From a virus, in the IMG/VR virus record IMGVR_UViG_3300032046_003126, positions 23,182 through 87,181 of that record: a stretch of 64,000 bases of DNA. The stretch is one strand, 5' to 3'. This document shows, one piece after another, positions 9,544-20,660 of this stretch. Position numbers and translations under genes: made by a program. Within the stretch, counting starts at the first letter, position 1, and each line of letters starts with the position of its first letter. The notes under the pieces were generated by a model that ran no database searches, was not told where the DNA came from, and was given only the letters and a program-made list of their open reading frames with translations.

Positions 9544-12065
9544 TGTCTAGAGTAAATAAAAAAACACAAATAAAAAAACTTCCACCTATTTTACAATTGC
9601 AATTAAAGGATTCATTAACAGGAAGTTTTCCAACCGTTGTGAGATTTTCATCAGATGGAAGAACTGGTAGTTATAAAACATTTTACAATGATACAAATAC
9701 TTTAAATTTCATAGATTATTCTTTTTCTAATCCAAATCTTAAAAATTATTTATATTCTTATTATCCAATATCGGGAAGTACTATTGGTGTTGCACCTGAT
9801 AATGTTTTTCCACCTGAATATGGACTTGTTGCGTCTCTTCCTACTGGGAGTCAAGAAAATAATAAATTAATTTTTTCTTCAAATGCAATCATTTATGATA
9901 ATGACTTACCACATTTATATCATGGATATAAAAATTATTCTTTAAGGTTTATGGATGATTCGGCTTTTTTAACAACTGGTGCTAGTGATTTATATGATTT
10001 TTCTCCACATAAACCTTTTTCTATAAGTTTGTGGATAAAATATAACATAGAAAATTCCGCAAGTAATCAAGATATTCTGGCCTTCAGAACAGACAACGCA
10101 ACAAAAACAGATTATGTATTTGCAGCGGATCAAGATTTTGCTACCGTATTTATGTCACCAGGTTATCCACCGAAATTTGTTCAAAAAATATTTACCTTCC
10201 CTGATAGTAGAAATGATTTGGCTTGGCATCACTTGGTATTTACCTATAATGGACAAATAGTAAGTGGTACAAGTAGTGATTATGAAATGTTTAAAGTGTA
10301 TTATGACACACAAATAACATCAGGTACATTTCTTCAAAATTCTCTACTGTTGGAAGAAAATTTAATGGCTGGCGGCCCAATGGATTATTCTATTGGAAAT
10401 ATGGGTACTGATACTCTTGTAACTCAACATTGTATTTGGAATAAAGAATTATCTCAATTAGAAATAAACAAAATATATAATGATCAAACAAATTATTTAA
10501 TAATTGACCCTCCAACTGATATAAATCTTGGTTTGGGACTTGAAAAAGGAAATAAATTTTTAGATTCCGAAATAACTTCAAGTATTTATGGACCCGGCAG
10601 GATAATATCTGGTATCGGTGATTCTCTTATTCACTTCACTCCTGGACAAGAAGGAACAATATATAATGATAGTGGGCAGTTGGCATCTGATGGCAAAAGT
10701 TCTAATAATTCATTTTATGCTACTGGTTCATCGAATATTAATTTTGATGAACCACTATGGGCTAAACAGAAAATAGAAATAGATCTAACCCCAAACAACT
10801 CACAATCAATTGAATTAATAGATTCGGATAATTTTTTTGGTTCTATTGTTTATTGGAACAATAATTTAAAAAAATGGGAAAAAATAGGTTCTGGTGTAGA
10901 ACCAAGTACATATAGTACAGATACAGTAACTTTTGTTCAACAAACATGTTTAGCAACAACGCCATCACTACATTTTAAAAACGAAGAAGTAACAACCCAA
11001 ACTAAAAATGACGGTAATTTAATAACTAATTTTGGATTTCCTCAAAGTGACAAATATCACGCTACTTCATCCCAACAAATAAATTTATCAAATTATATTC
11101 AACAACCATTTTTAGTAGAAAAAGTAGTTTTGGTTTTTAATGGTGGAATAGAAATAATTGATTCTGGTAGTTTTTTTGGAGATTTTTCCAATTCATCAAT
11201 GACTACGTTTCTTTTAATAAATCAAAGAAATGTAGCTGACAAACAATCAATAACATTTAATACAAGTTGTTTTAATAGAAGCACAAGCGGATTCTTTCCT
11301 TCATATATTACAAATATTTCAACTGGTTCCTTTGAAACGACTTTTTCTACTATTTCATCTAGCAAAGATATAATTGGAAAAATTAATATTTTTGGTTCAA
11401 CAGACTCAACTAAAACAAGCATTACTGACGCAAATTATATTTTTACAGACAAAAATTGGACTACAGATAGTTCGATTAATATTTCTTGTTCTTTAACATC
11501 TGAACAAGATGATTCATATCCTGGTATTTTTTCTCATGTTGGTGTAACAGGTAGTGGAATAATTTCTACTATAGATGTAGGTTTTGGCAATACAATAGTG
11601 GGTGCATCAACTATTGCCACAATGAACGAAATAAATAAAACTAATAAAATCTTTAATCCAAGAAGAAATAATTTTATTGTTCCTGAAAAAGAATCTACAA
11701 GTGATTTTTTCTCAATATATGATTATATTGGTTCTTATGGAAATGAAGATATTAAAATAAATTCAAATAAACCAAATTCTATAAAGAATTCATATTTATT
11801 AATGCCAGGAGATAATTTAGTCTTCGGTTGGTGTCTTCCATATCCAGATAGATTTAATGGAAAAACCGTTTATGGTTCCATGATAAATCAATATTCTAAT
11901 ATAACAATAAATTCAGTACAACCTTTAAGATCAATAATGAATTTCAACAATCAAAGCCCATCAAAAATTATTATATACGGCTCATATATAACCGAAGGAA
12001 AAGAAAATAATAATTCAATAAACCAATTACTTTCTTCCGAAACCATTCATGAGGTTATCGAATGA
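9543..12065 (+). CDS. Structural protein with LamG-like domain
   Basis: FSISLWIK, WHHLVFTYNG, IWNKELSQLEINKIYN LamG signature. Confidence 0.65.
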   Translation: MSRVNKKTQIKKLPPILQLQLKDSLTGSFPTVVRFSSDGRTGSYKTFYNDTNTLNFIDYSFSNPNLKNYLYSYYPISGSTIGVAPDNVFPPEYGLVASLPTGSQENNKLIFSSNAIIYDNDLPHLYHGYKNYSLRFMDDSAFLTTGASDLYDFSPHKPFSISLWIKYNIENSASNQDILAFRTDNATKTDYVFAADQDFATVFMSPGYPPKFVQKIFTFPDSRNDLAWHHLVFTYNGQIVSGTSSDYEMFKVYYDTQITSGTFLQNSLLLEENLMAGGPMDYSIGNMGTDTLVTQHCIWNKELSQLEINKIYNDQTNYLIIDPPTDINLGLGLEKGNKFLDSEITSSIYGPGRIISGIGDSLIHFTPGQEGTIYNDSGQLASDGKSSNNSFYATGSSNINFDEPLWAKQKIEIDLTPNNSQSIELIDSDNFFGSIVYWNNNLKKWEKIGSGVEPSTYSTDTVTFVQQTCLATTPSLHFKNEEVTTQTKNDGNLITNFGFPQSDKYHATSSQQINLSNYIQQPFLVEKVVLVFNGGIEIIDSGSFFGDFSNSSMTTFLLINQRNVADKQSITFNTSCFNRSTSGFFPSYITNISTGSFETTFSTISSSKDIIGKINIFGSTDSTKTSITDANYIFTDKNWTTDSSINISCSLTSEQDDSYPGIFSHVGVTGSGIISTIDVGFGNTIVGASTIATMNEINKTNKIFNPRRNNFIVPEKESTSDFFSIYDYIGSYGNEDIKINSNKPNSIKNSYLLMPGDNLVFGWCLPYPDRFNGKTVYGSMINQYSNITINSVQPLRSIMNFNNQSPSKIIIYGSYITEGKENNNSINQLLSSETIHEVIE

Positions 12066-13693
12066 TTTATGATCAATATGAATTAGAATTTAATAGTGCC
12101 TATACTGGTTCTTATGTTAATGACATTTTTGTTCCTCCAACAAATAACACGTATGGCAATATTACACTTACAAATACCTTTCAAATAATTAATGGAAAAA
12201 CTGTTTTTAATTATAATACTTTATTTAAAGCCTTAACTGGTAGTTTGTCTCATGGTTTAACAGATAGAAATCCTTATTATACTCAAACACATGTTCCTGG
12301 TAATATTCTAGTTATAAAAGGATATAATTTAAGCGGAACATTATCAGGTCCACCAGTAACTAATTTTAATAATTCTTTTGTTTCTAATAGCAATATGTTA
12401 ACATGGGGCGATTGTTATAATTTTTTAGATAAAAATTTTAGCCCTTCTCCAAAAAGATTTCTGAAATTATTTTGTCCTGAAGAAACATTTTTTGATTCTG
12501 TAATGCCAGATCCAGAAGAAATTTATGTTTTAGGTGTAGTTGATCCAGTTAGAACTGCTCCTGTAATTTTTAAAAAACCTGGTATTCATTTTATATCAAG
12601 TTCTTATATGATGCTTGGATATAATGTGGTACCTTCTAGTTTGGCATATGTTGATTTTTATGGAATTTTCCCCCCCACCCCAATAACAAGTGTTAATCCT
12701 TTATCTGACCAGATATATTTAGGAAATTATAAGTGGCCATTACAATTTCCATTTGAAAAACAATATAAAAACATTGCAAGAAACATAATAAAACCACATG
12801 AAATTAAACACCTGACTTCATCTTTAATGCTTTTTGATTCCCTTCAATCAGGGATTGTTTTTGGAACAGATTTTTTTTATGATCCTGGTTTGAGTGTAAA
12901 TATTAGAGATTTTTTAAAAATTGAATTGCCTCCTTCTAATTTTAAAAAAACTGGAATTGGTGGAACGGTTGGGTTTCCACTTGGAATATCGTATTTAGGC
13001 ACTAATGAAAAAGACACAAAAGATATAGACTCATATGGTATTGATCCAAGTAGAACTCATTTCACAAAATCTTTAACTTCTGTTGTTGACATTAAGTTTC
13101 GTGGTGATACGATAGATTATACATATAATGATTTTATTCCACCAGATACTAAGACTTTATTATTTCATTTTTTTGGATTTGGAGACTATCTTGGTAAGTT
13201 TGTAAATGGACTCGAAACAGCTATTATGCCATCTGGTTCTTCACCTTCAATTTTAGTTAAAGAATGGAGTAATGGTTGTAGAGTGAAACATTGGAATTAT
13301 CCTGGTTACGGACATCTTATAGCAGACTCAGTTGCTAATGAATATTTCGATCCATACCAATATGAACTAGTTACTGGTTCGCTGTTGGGTTATAATTGTA
13401 GAGGATATAAATACGGTGTTTATAAACCAATACCGGAATCAACAAATATAATTTTTAGAAGAAATAAATTTGGTCAACCAAGAGACATGTTAGAACAACG
13501 TTTGTTTACAAATTTTTACAGTTTTGACACCAATACAAACCAAGGTTCAATTGTTGATATAAATTTTTCAACAACAAGTTCTTATGGTATAACTGCATCT
13601 AATCCTTTGTTGAATCCAAAAGATAGCGGCATTTATGATTTACAATATAAATGCGGACAACCATTTTTTGATGATGACTTAAGGATAATATAA
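12062..13693 (+). CDS. Hypothetical structural protein
   Basis: 543-aa ORF translationally coupled on both sides; FRRNKFGQPRDMLEQR segment. Confidence 0.5.
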   Translation: MIYDQYELEFNSAYTGSYVNDIFVPPTNNTYGNITLTNTFQIINGKTVFNYNTLFKALTGSLSHGLTDRNPYYTQTHVPGNILVIKGYNLSGTLSGPPVTNFNNSFVSNSNMLTWGDCYNFLDKNFSPSPKRFLKLFCPEETFFDSVMPDPEEIYVLGVVDPVRTAPVIFKKPGIHFISSSYMMLGYNVVPSSLAYVDFYGIFPPTPITSVNPLSDQIYLGNYKWPLQFPFEKQYKNIARNIIKPHEIKHLTSSLMLFDSLQSGIVFGTDFFYDPGLSVNIRDFLKIELPPSNFKKTGIGGTVGFPLGISYLGTNEKDTKDIDSYGIDPSRTHFTKSLTSVVDIKFRGDTIDYTYNDFIPPDTKTLLFHFFGFGDYLGKFVNGLETAIMPSGSSPSILVKEWSNGCRVKHWNYPGYGHLIADSVANEYFDPYQYELVTGSLLGYNCRGYKYGVYKPIPESTNIIFRRNKFGQPRDMLEQRLFTNFYSFDTNTNQGSIVDINFSTTSSYGITASNPLLNPKDSGIYDLQYKCGQPFFDDDLRII

Positions 13694-14643
13694 TGGCAGG
13701 AATATTAAATTCAAAAGAAAGAATTCTTGATACACTTTTAACAGAAGAAGGTCGGCGGCAATTAGCAGCGGGTAATTTTCAAGCTGTATATTATAGTTTT
13801 TCTGATGGTTTATCCATATATCAGACTGATACTATCGTTTCTTCAAGTATATCTTCTGTGCCTGTTTTAGATGAAACATATCGTCTCTGTTTTGAGGCGA
13901 CTTCTTTACCACAAGACCAGGTTACATTTGAAGCCGATGATTCAGGTAAATTATTTAATCCAAAAAATTCTCCAATTGATGTTATGTCGGGACAAATTTT
14001 TTCTGGTTCTATTTTGGTTACAAGTTCACAATTCGCAAGTACAGCAGGTACATTGTTGAGTTCTTCACTAGAAAGTTTTAAAAATTTAAGAATACTATCA
14101 AGTCCTAATAATTTTCAAAATCCAAACATGGAATTTTTATTAAGTAATAAAAATATAAAATTTAATATAACAAATAATAAACCAATTCATAGCGAAGATA
14201 CACAAAAGATATCCATAGACAAAGTGGAAAGTTTTTTCATGGATAAAAGACTTTCTCATATTCCAAATTTTTCATTCTTACCACCAGTAAATTCGGCACA
14301 AACTGGCAGAACAACTTCATCCCTTGGTGATTTCAAGAATATTAATCAAGAATCTTTTGAATCATATAGTGATCTTGAAAAAGAATTAGAATATTTTTCT
14401 AAAAATGGGTTTGAAGAAATAATTGAATTTACCGAGACTACTACTCAAAATAATATATTTGCTCAGTTTTTTGAATTATCAGATAATTCTGTTGTAAAAC
14501 TTGATGTTATCGACTTTGGACAATTCACAGTTTCTAATCAAAAAGAATTTTTTATAAAACATGTATTTTTTGCGGGTAAGATATTTATAGATAATTTCGG
14601 AGCGACTACTTTTATTAATATGTTTACTTTAGTTTTTGAATAA
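13693..14643 (+). CDS. Tail-collar-like structural protein (paralogue of 23291..24004)
   Basis: N-terminus ILDTLLTEEGRRQLA...YYSFSDG resembles ILDAVLTSTGREFLS...KFAVSDD of 23291 and the N-terminus of tail-collar fibre domains. Confidence 0.55.
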   Translation: MAGILNSKERILDTLLTEEGRRQLAAGNFQAVYYSFSDGLSIYQTDTIVSSSISSVPVLDETYRLCFEATSLPQDQVTFEADDSGKLFNPKNSPIDVMSGQIFSGSILVTSSQFASTAGTLLSSSLESFKNLRILSSPNNFQNPNMEFLLSNKNIKFNITNNKPIHSEDTQKISIDKVESFFMDKRLSHIPNFSFLPPVNSAQTGRTTSSLGDFKNINQESFESYSDLEKELEYFSKNGFEEIIEFTETTTQNNIFAQFFELSDNSVVKLDVIDFGQFTVSNQKEFFIKHVFFAGKIFIDNFGATTFINMFTLVFE

Positions 14644-14646
14644 AAT

Positions 14647-17022
14647 ATGAAAGCCATAATAAAAAAATATACAGATATATTGGATACCAATTCCTGTGAG
14701 GCGTTTTTATTAAAAACAACACAAGAAGAAGGTTATAATTATGAAATTTCATATAATATAGATGCAAATAAAGCATTAATACACAATGTTAATATTGTTG
14801 AAATATTAATATCTAAAAATTCATTAAGTGAAAATAATAGTCAAAATATTTTTGAAGGAAATTCAATCGAACAAATAACTCAAGAATTATTATATAAAAT
14901 TTCTAAAGAAAAAGATTTAAGTAGAACAATTGAATCAAGTGTTTTTTTAAGAATAAAGTCAGATATAACAAAAAAAATTCCTAATGATCAAATTAAATCT
15001 TTGAAAAATAACACTTCAACAACAAAAACAACTTCGCTTAATTTATTTTCATCTAACGATTTAAAAAATAAAAATATAACATATCCAATATTTGAAACAA
15101 ACATTTTTTCTAAACCCGAATATGCGGCAGATATTAAAAAAATATCAAATAATTTAATAAATGAAGCGATAGATCCGGCCCAAATTTTCGGCACGCCAAC
15201 AAATAACATAATTTCTGCAAGAAAATCCATTGCTGGCTTGGGATTGTCGGGCAAAAAAACATCTTTATATGATTTTATTTTATTATCAAACAATCCCTCA
15301 ACCAATGTTAATGTAAACAATAATTCTTTAATAAATGTCAAAACAGAACAACAATTTAAAAATTTAACATTAAAAGAAATATTTACTATACCATTTAATA
15401 CAATTACTGATTCATTTTATGTAACATATAAAGTAAAAAACAAAAATGGTATTGAGTTACAAAGAAAAAGTCTTTTAGTTCCACATTCAAAATTAATAGA
15501 ACAAGAAAATTTAATTTCACAACCTCCAATAGTTAATGTAGTAAAAGCAACACAAGCAGGTAAAAATGTTCTTTATATAAAACAAAAAGACCCAATGGCA
15601 ACAGGTATTTCTGTTTATAAGAAAAATTTAAATCTTACTTTAAAAGAATTTGAAAAAAATTATAATTTTATAGGAGATTTGGAACTTTCATACGGAGAAG
15701 ACTTTAAATCATTTATTGATTTAACAGCTAATTCAAGTGATTCAATCTATAGATGCATTCCGTATAATAATGAAAAAAAATTATCATGTGAATTTACCAG
15801 TGTTGGAGTCAAAACAAATAGCAAAATTTTAAAAAATAAAAATTTATTTAAAAACGACAATACTACAATTGTTACTACATTACAATTAGATAACATAAAA
15901 ATAGAAATTACTGACATTCCTGTTGATGCTATTAATATAGAATTGCATAGACGTAATTTAACTATAAAACAAAAAGAGTCTGATTTAATCAATACGTTCT
16001 TTATTTCAAGTGAAGGTTCAAACAAATTAACTTTTAAAGACACAACTGTTTCACAGAATCATTCTTATGAATATTTTATAAAAATATTATATAAAACTGG
16101 AACAAAAAACAAAGCTAAAACAAGTTCTTTTATTACATTTGTTAAAACTAAAAATAATATTGTAGAAACAATTATAGAAAGTCCCAATGTTATTTTTGAT
16201 ACAAATGGAATAGATGTTAAATTTAATATAGCATCAACATTTTTAGTATCAACACAAGATAAAATAAGACAATTTTTACAAGAACAGGGAATTTTAGATT
16301 TTTATTTAGATGAGATTTCTCAAGAAAAAGATAAATTTCAAAATTTAATAGCTTATGATGTAAGCAGAACAAATATTACAAATGGCGAAGTTGAAAACTT
16401 TGGAATCATTAATTCCGTAATTTTTTCAGATATAGAAGAAGGAAGAATAAAAAACGTATCACCATTAAAGAACGGAATGGAATATAAATACTCAGTAACT
16501 ACATATTTTAGAATAACAGAAACAATGTTGAAATATTTTACAAAACAAGTAACTGATAAAAACAATAGGACATATACTTTATATCCTTATAAATGGAGAC
16601 ATCCAGTTACTTTAAAAGAAGGAAATATAGTTAGTGATAATAGCCTAAAAAGAAACCACTCAGAAAATCAATTTACTTTTGGAGAAATAGCTAATTTTGT
16701 AGAAACACAAATATCTTTATCAGGTGTCATCCCTTCTATAAAAGAAGCAAGTGCTATAAAATTATCAGATAAAAAAGTTCTTGTTAAGTGGACAATACAA
16801 GGAAATTCTAATAAATTTGATCATTTTTTAATCATACTAGAAATACTTGGAATGCGAAAAATAATAGGAAAAAGCCATAATGTTACAAATTCAAATTTTT
16901 TTCAATTCGTTGATAATTTGACAGACAATGAAAAAGGAAAATTTAAATATTATGTTGTGCCTATATATTATGATTTTTCAAAAGGAACTGAAATTGAAAC
17001 AAACGAGGTAAAAGTTCAGTGA
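14647..17022 (+). CDS. Structural protein with probable FN3/Ig-like domains
   Basis: FKDTTVSQNHSYEYFI, NGMEYKYSV, VLVKW...KFKYYVVP beta-sandwich patterns. Confidence 0.45.
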   Translation: MKAIIKKYTDILDTNSCEAFLLKTTQEEGYNYEISYNIDANKALIHNVNIVEILISKNSLSENNSQNIFEGNSIEQITQELLYKISKEKDLSRTIESSVFLRIKSDITKKIPNDQIKSLKNNTSTTKTTSLNLFSSNDLKNKNITYPIFETNIFSKPEYAADIKKISNNLINEAIDPAQIFGTPTNNIISARKSIAGLGLSGKKTSLYDFILLSNNPSTNVNVNNNSLINVKTEQQFKNLTLKEIFTIPFNTITDSFYVTYKVKNKNGIELQRKSLLVPHSKLIEQENLISQPPIVNVVKATQAGKNVLYIKQKDPMATGISVYKKNLNLTLKEFEKNYNFIGDLELSYGEDFKSFIDLTANSSDSIYRCIPYNNEKKLSCEFTSVGVKTNSKILKNKNLFKNDNTTIVTTLQLDNIKIEITDIPVDAINIELHRRNLTIKQKESDLINTFFISSEGSNKLTFKDTTVSQNHSYEYFIKILYKTGTKNKAKTSSFITFVKTKNNIVETIIESPNVIFDTNGIDVKFNIASTFLVSTQDKIRQFLQEQGILDFYLDEISQEKDKFQNLIAYDVSRTNITNGEVENFGIINSVIFSDIEEGRIKNVSPLKNGMEYKYSVTTYFRITETMLKYFTKQVTDKNNRTYTLYPYKWRHPVTLKEGNIVSDNSLKRNHSENQFTFGEIANFVETQISLSGVIPSIKEASAIKLSDKKVLVKWTIQGNSNKFDHFLIILEILGMRKIIGKSHNVTNSNFFQFVDNLTDNEKGKFKYYVVPIYYDFSKGTEIETNEVKVQ

Positions 17023-20000
17023 ATTCATTAAAAAATAGATTATTTAAAATAAGACAACGATTAGGTGCAACAGCTGTACATGTTCGTCCTCAATTTAACA
17101 GAACTGAAACACCAATCGGAACCAATGTTAATACCATAGCAAATACAACACTGGTAATAGCCACGCCCGAGATAAGAACTTTAAACCAAAACACTCTTGA
17201 CTTGACTAATCTTGCTGTGACAAACAATTCATTTGATATTGTTGAAAAAAATGGAATTTCTGTTTATAGACCAGAAATAATAAGTATAAATGAATTTAAT
17301 TCTGTTTTTGAACAAGAAACTAATAATTTAAAAGATACAGTGTCTGATACGAATCAAATTTTAGAATTGATTAATTATCAAATTCAAACAAATTCACTTA
17401 GAGAAGACACTCTTAAAAAAATGTTAACTGAGATGAATTCTTCATCTACAAATTTCAAACTTAATAAAATAAGTTCTGAGTTTAATTCAAAGTTGCTTAC
17501 CTTGCAAAAGGTAGCAACATTTTATGGATATTTAATACAACAAACAAATATAGTTAAAAATTCTCTGGAAATAAAAGATATACCTAATAGCCTATATGGA
17601 CCAGGAAATTTAAGTATAAAAGAATTCTATAACAGATATATGCAATTTTCCGAAGGAGAATATAACTCTTTCACAGAGACAAAAGTATTCAATCAATTAA
17701 TCTCAGATATGAGAAATGTTCTTGAAAGTTTCTCATATTCTTTATTTGATACTGTTGATAGTGATAGAAACGAAAATCACGAACCTTTTAAAATAGATAA
17801 AAGTTACACATTACCTAATAATTTTTCTTTCAAACCATCAATGTTAACATCAAACGGAACTGAAATAAAAAATGCATCAAACAATGCAACTTTAACAAGT
17901 TTCTTGAGTTCATTACCTCCTGAACCGTCAGATAGAATTAAAGTTCTTTGTAATTTTTTGTCTAAAGAACTTAGAGTTTCAAAGGCCCTTGGAAGACCTG
18001 ATATTAGAAATATTTTGTCAAGTAAATTTAATCAATCTGATACCAACAATCCATTTGATAATATTATAGGAGAAGTAGGAGATACAATTTTTGAAAAACC
18101 ATTAGGAGAAAATTCTTTGGCTTCTTTTTCATATGTGAGAACTGGAGATAAAGTTGTTTTGCCTTTCGAAAATACATATATAGATTCCACAGATTTAAAT
18201 ACTAGTAACATCTATATACCGGGTTCTTCTTACTTTGGTGATTCTATTTTAAATGTATCAAGTAATATTAATAATAATACTTTCAACTATGAGCCCTTTT
18301 CTAATTATGCCAACAATTTTAATGATAAATTAACTAGCGCACTCAGTGTTCTAAATAAAATGTTTGAATTTGATAATATAAATTCAAGTTTAACTCAAGA
18401 ATCAATTATAGATTTATTTTTAGTTTCATTCAAACAAGCAATAGAAAAGATGGTTGATAACACACATCCAAATAGAGATCAAATGTTTGTTCTTTCTTTG
18501 TTTAAATTAGCATCAACTAATACTAAATTAAAAAATCATTTATTTGATTTTTGTATTTTAATATTACTAGCAATATCAACGCCCGACAATGAAAGAAAAA
18601 TATTTGAACATATTAAAAGAGATATTCCTACAATAAATTCTTTATTTTCTTTTAAAGATAAAACAACAATAGTTAATTTAGAATCGGGTATTTCTTTTTT
18701 GTATCCTTATGTTATGGAATTAGCAGAAATAATAGAAGATAATGTTTTTGAAATATTATATAATAATCCAAATTTTAGAAATACAAGATTAAATGGAACA
18801 CTAGATACAAGCTCGGTATCATTTACCGGGACAACTTTTTTTCGTAATGATAGTAATAATCATATCTTACGATTCATTTATGGAGACATTAAAGATACTT
18901 TAATAAAGTTATTAAATACATCAGGTTTAGCATCAGTGTCTTTGGTGCAAGTATTTTCTGAGATTATGACCAAATTAGATGTTGCTGCCTCAGAAGGTTC
19001 AAATTCTTTATATCTTATAGAAGACAACACATATAGAACAAGATATAATTTCTTAGGGACATCCTCTATAATGTTGGTTGTTTTTGAAATTTTATGTTCT
19101 TTTACAAAATTCTTAGATATTAATTATTTTAAATCAACCGATGTATTGAATGGAAATATTAATACCAATACAACAACAAATTTAGCGATTTTTAATCATA
19201 TAAGTTTAATTTTAAGTGAAAATTCTAGAAATACAACAAATAGTATAACAACCACAAATGCCAATATTATTATACCAGGAAACTCATCAGCAACATCTTC
19301 TCTAATAACAACAGGCACTTTTAATGGAACTGTTGTATCAGTTTTAACAGGCATAGCTCCAAATGTCTCCATTACTGTTATAAGAGAAAAGCTTAAATCA
19401 GAAGATCTTTATATTAAAAATGCACTCAATATATTAAGTGTAATCAATACAAGATTAAAGGATGCATTGTCATCGGTAATTGTTTCGTTTTCAAATGAAC
19501 ACACAAGAAACTTTATTGTAGAAAATAACATTAGACCTGAAGAATTAAAGATATTAACCAATCCTTCTCAACTTAGAACCTCGTTTTGGATTTTAAATAA
19601 ATATCAAAATGCAGTATTAGACGCTAATACAAAAAATTTAGATAAAATATTAATATCTGATTCGATAAAAAAATCTGTTAAAAATGCTATGTTGTTGTTG
19701 TTAAAAGAAAGCAAGTTTCTCAAAGGAACAAAAGATATAAAACTTTTTTCAATAGGAATCCCCTCTGGATTTACCAATCAAATGGTTAATAGAATTGACA
19801 GAAACAATATAAATAATTCAACTTTTCTTTCTAAGGAATTTGATGTAATAAAGGTAAAACTTTATAAAAGAGATTTAAGATATGATGATATTATCTTTAT
19901 ACCAAAAATATTTTATTTTGATTTATCTTTATATCCAATGAATTTTTACGATATTGTTAAAATAAACGAAGTTCAAGAAATAACGTGGTCTATTTTTTCA

Positions 20001-20651
20001 AGGAATTTGTTTTTAAAAGATTATGAAAATATAAATTCGGTTAAAAATATAAACATTAACAATATAATTTCTAATGAAAAATATTCGTTTTTAACAAATG
20101 AACAAAAAATTGAAATGTTTAATAATCACTTGGAGAGTATGTTTTTAAAAATTTATGTTAATTTAACATCTGGATTTAAATTAGACGAAGATACATTTTC
20201 GAATGAAGTTGTTGATATATTGGGCAATATGAATCAAGAAGTATATGATTTGATATATGAATATATTACTAATGTAAAAAATTTACAAATGACAAAGACC
20301 GATAATTTTAAAACATTATTAAATGACCTAAATGTATCACAAATAGCAAAAGATATGATTACAACAATGTCTTTCGGTAATCTACTATTTCAGTCAGATT
20401 CAATACGAAAAAAAGTTTTATCTCAAAAAATGTTTGATCGTGTCTTTACTTTAGCAGTTGATGCAGGTAGTTTTGAAATAGATTTTAATAAAACTCTTTT
20501 AACACAATCTGGTAAATCAGCATTTACAAAAGCAAATTTGCAAAATGCAATAACAGTAAAAAATAACAGATATTATATGAAACAAAAAAACGAAACTGAT
20601 TTTATATTTGAAGATTATTTTTTAACAATTGAAAATAATTTCAATGGATAA
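17019..20651 (+). CDS. Large hypothetical virion protein
   Basis: 1210-aa ORF coupled within the structural operon; no recognised motif. Confidence 0.45.
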   Translation: MNSLKNRLFKIRQRLGATAVHVRPQFNRTETPIGTNVNTIANTTLVIATPEIRTLNQNTLDLTNLAVTNNSFDIVEKNGISVYRPEIISINEFNSVFEQETNNLKDTVSDTNQILELINYQIQTNSLREDTLKKMLTEMNSSSTNFKLNKISSEFNSKLLTLQKVATFYGYLIQQTNIVKNSLEIKDIPNSLYGPGNLSIKEFYNRYMQFSEGEYNSFTETKVFNQLISDMRNVLESFSYSLFDTVDSDRNENHEPFKIDKSYTLPNNFSFKPSMLTSNGTEIKNASNNATLTSFLSSLPPEPSDRIKVLCNFLSKELRVSKALGRPDIRNILSSKFNQSDTNNPFDNIIGEVGDTIFEKPLGENSLASFSYVRTGDKVVLPFENTYIDSTDLNTSNIYIPGSSYFGDSILNVSSNINNNTFNYEPFSNYANNFNDKLTSALSVLNKMFEFDNINSSLTQESIIDLFLVSFKQAIEKMVDNTHPNRDQMFVLSLFKLASTNTKLKNHLFDFCILILLAISTPDNERKIFEHIKRDIPTINSLFSFKDKTTIVNLESGISFLYPYVMELAEIIEDNVFEILYNNPNFRNTRLNGTLDTSSVSFTGTTFFRNDSNNHILRFIYGDIKDTLIKLLNTSGLASVSLVQVFSEIMTKLDVAASEGSNSLYLIEDNTYRTRYNFLGTSSIMLVVFEILCSFTKFLDINYFKSTDVLNGNINTNTTTNLAIFNHISLILSENSRNTTNSITTTNANIIIPGNSSATSSLITTGTFNGTVVSVLTGIAPNVSITVIREKLKSEDLYIKNALNILSVINTRLKDALSSVIVSFSNEHTRNFIVENNIRPEELKILTNPSQLRTSFWILNKYQNAVLDANTKNLDKILISDSIKKSVKNAMLLLLKESKFLKGTKDIKLFSIGIPSGFTNQMVNRIDRNNINNSTFLSKEFDVIKVKLYKRDLRYDDIIFIPKIFYFDLSLYPMNFYDIVKINEVQEITWSIFSRNLFLKDYENINSVKNININNIISNEKYSFLTNEQKIEMFNNHLESMFLKIYVNLTSGFKLDEDTFSNEVVDILGNMNQEVYDLIYEYITNVKNLQMTKTDNFKTLLNDLNVSQIAKDMITTMSFGNLLFQSDSIRKKVLSQKMFDRVFTLAVDAGSFEIDFNKTLLTQSGKSAFTKANLQNAITVKNNRYYMKQKNETDFIFEDYFLTIENNFNG

Positions 20652-20660
20652 ATATATTAT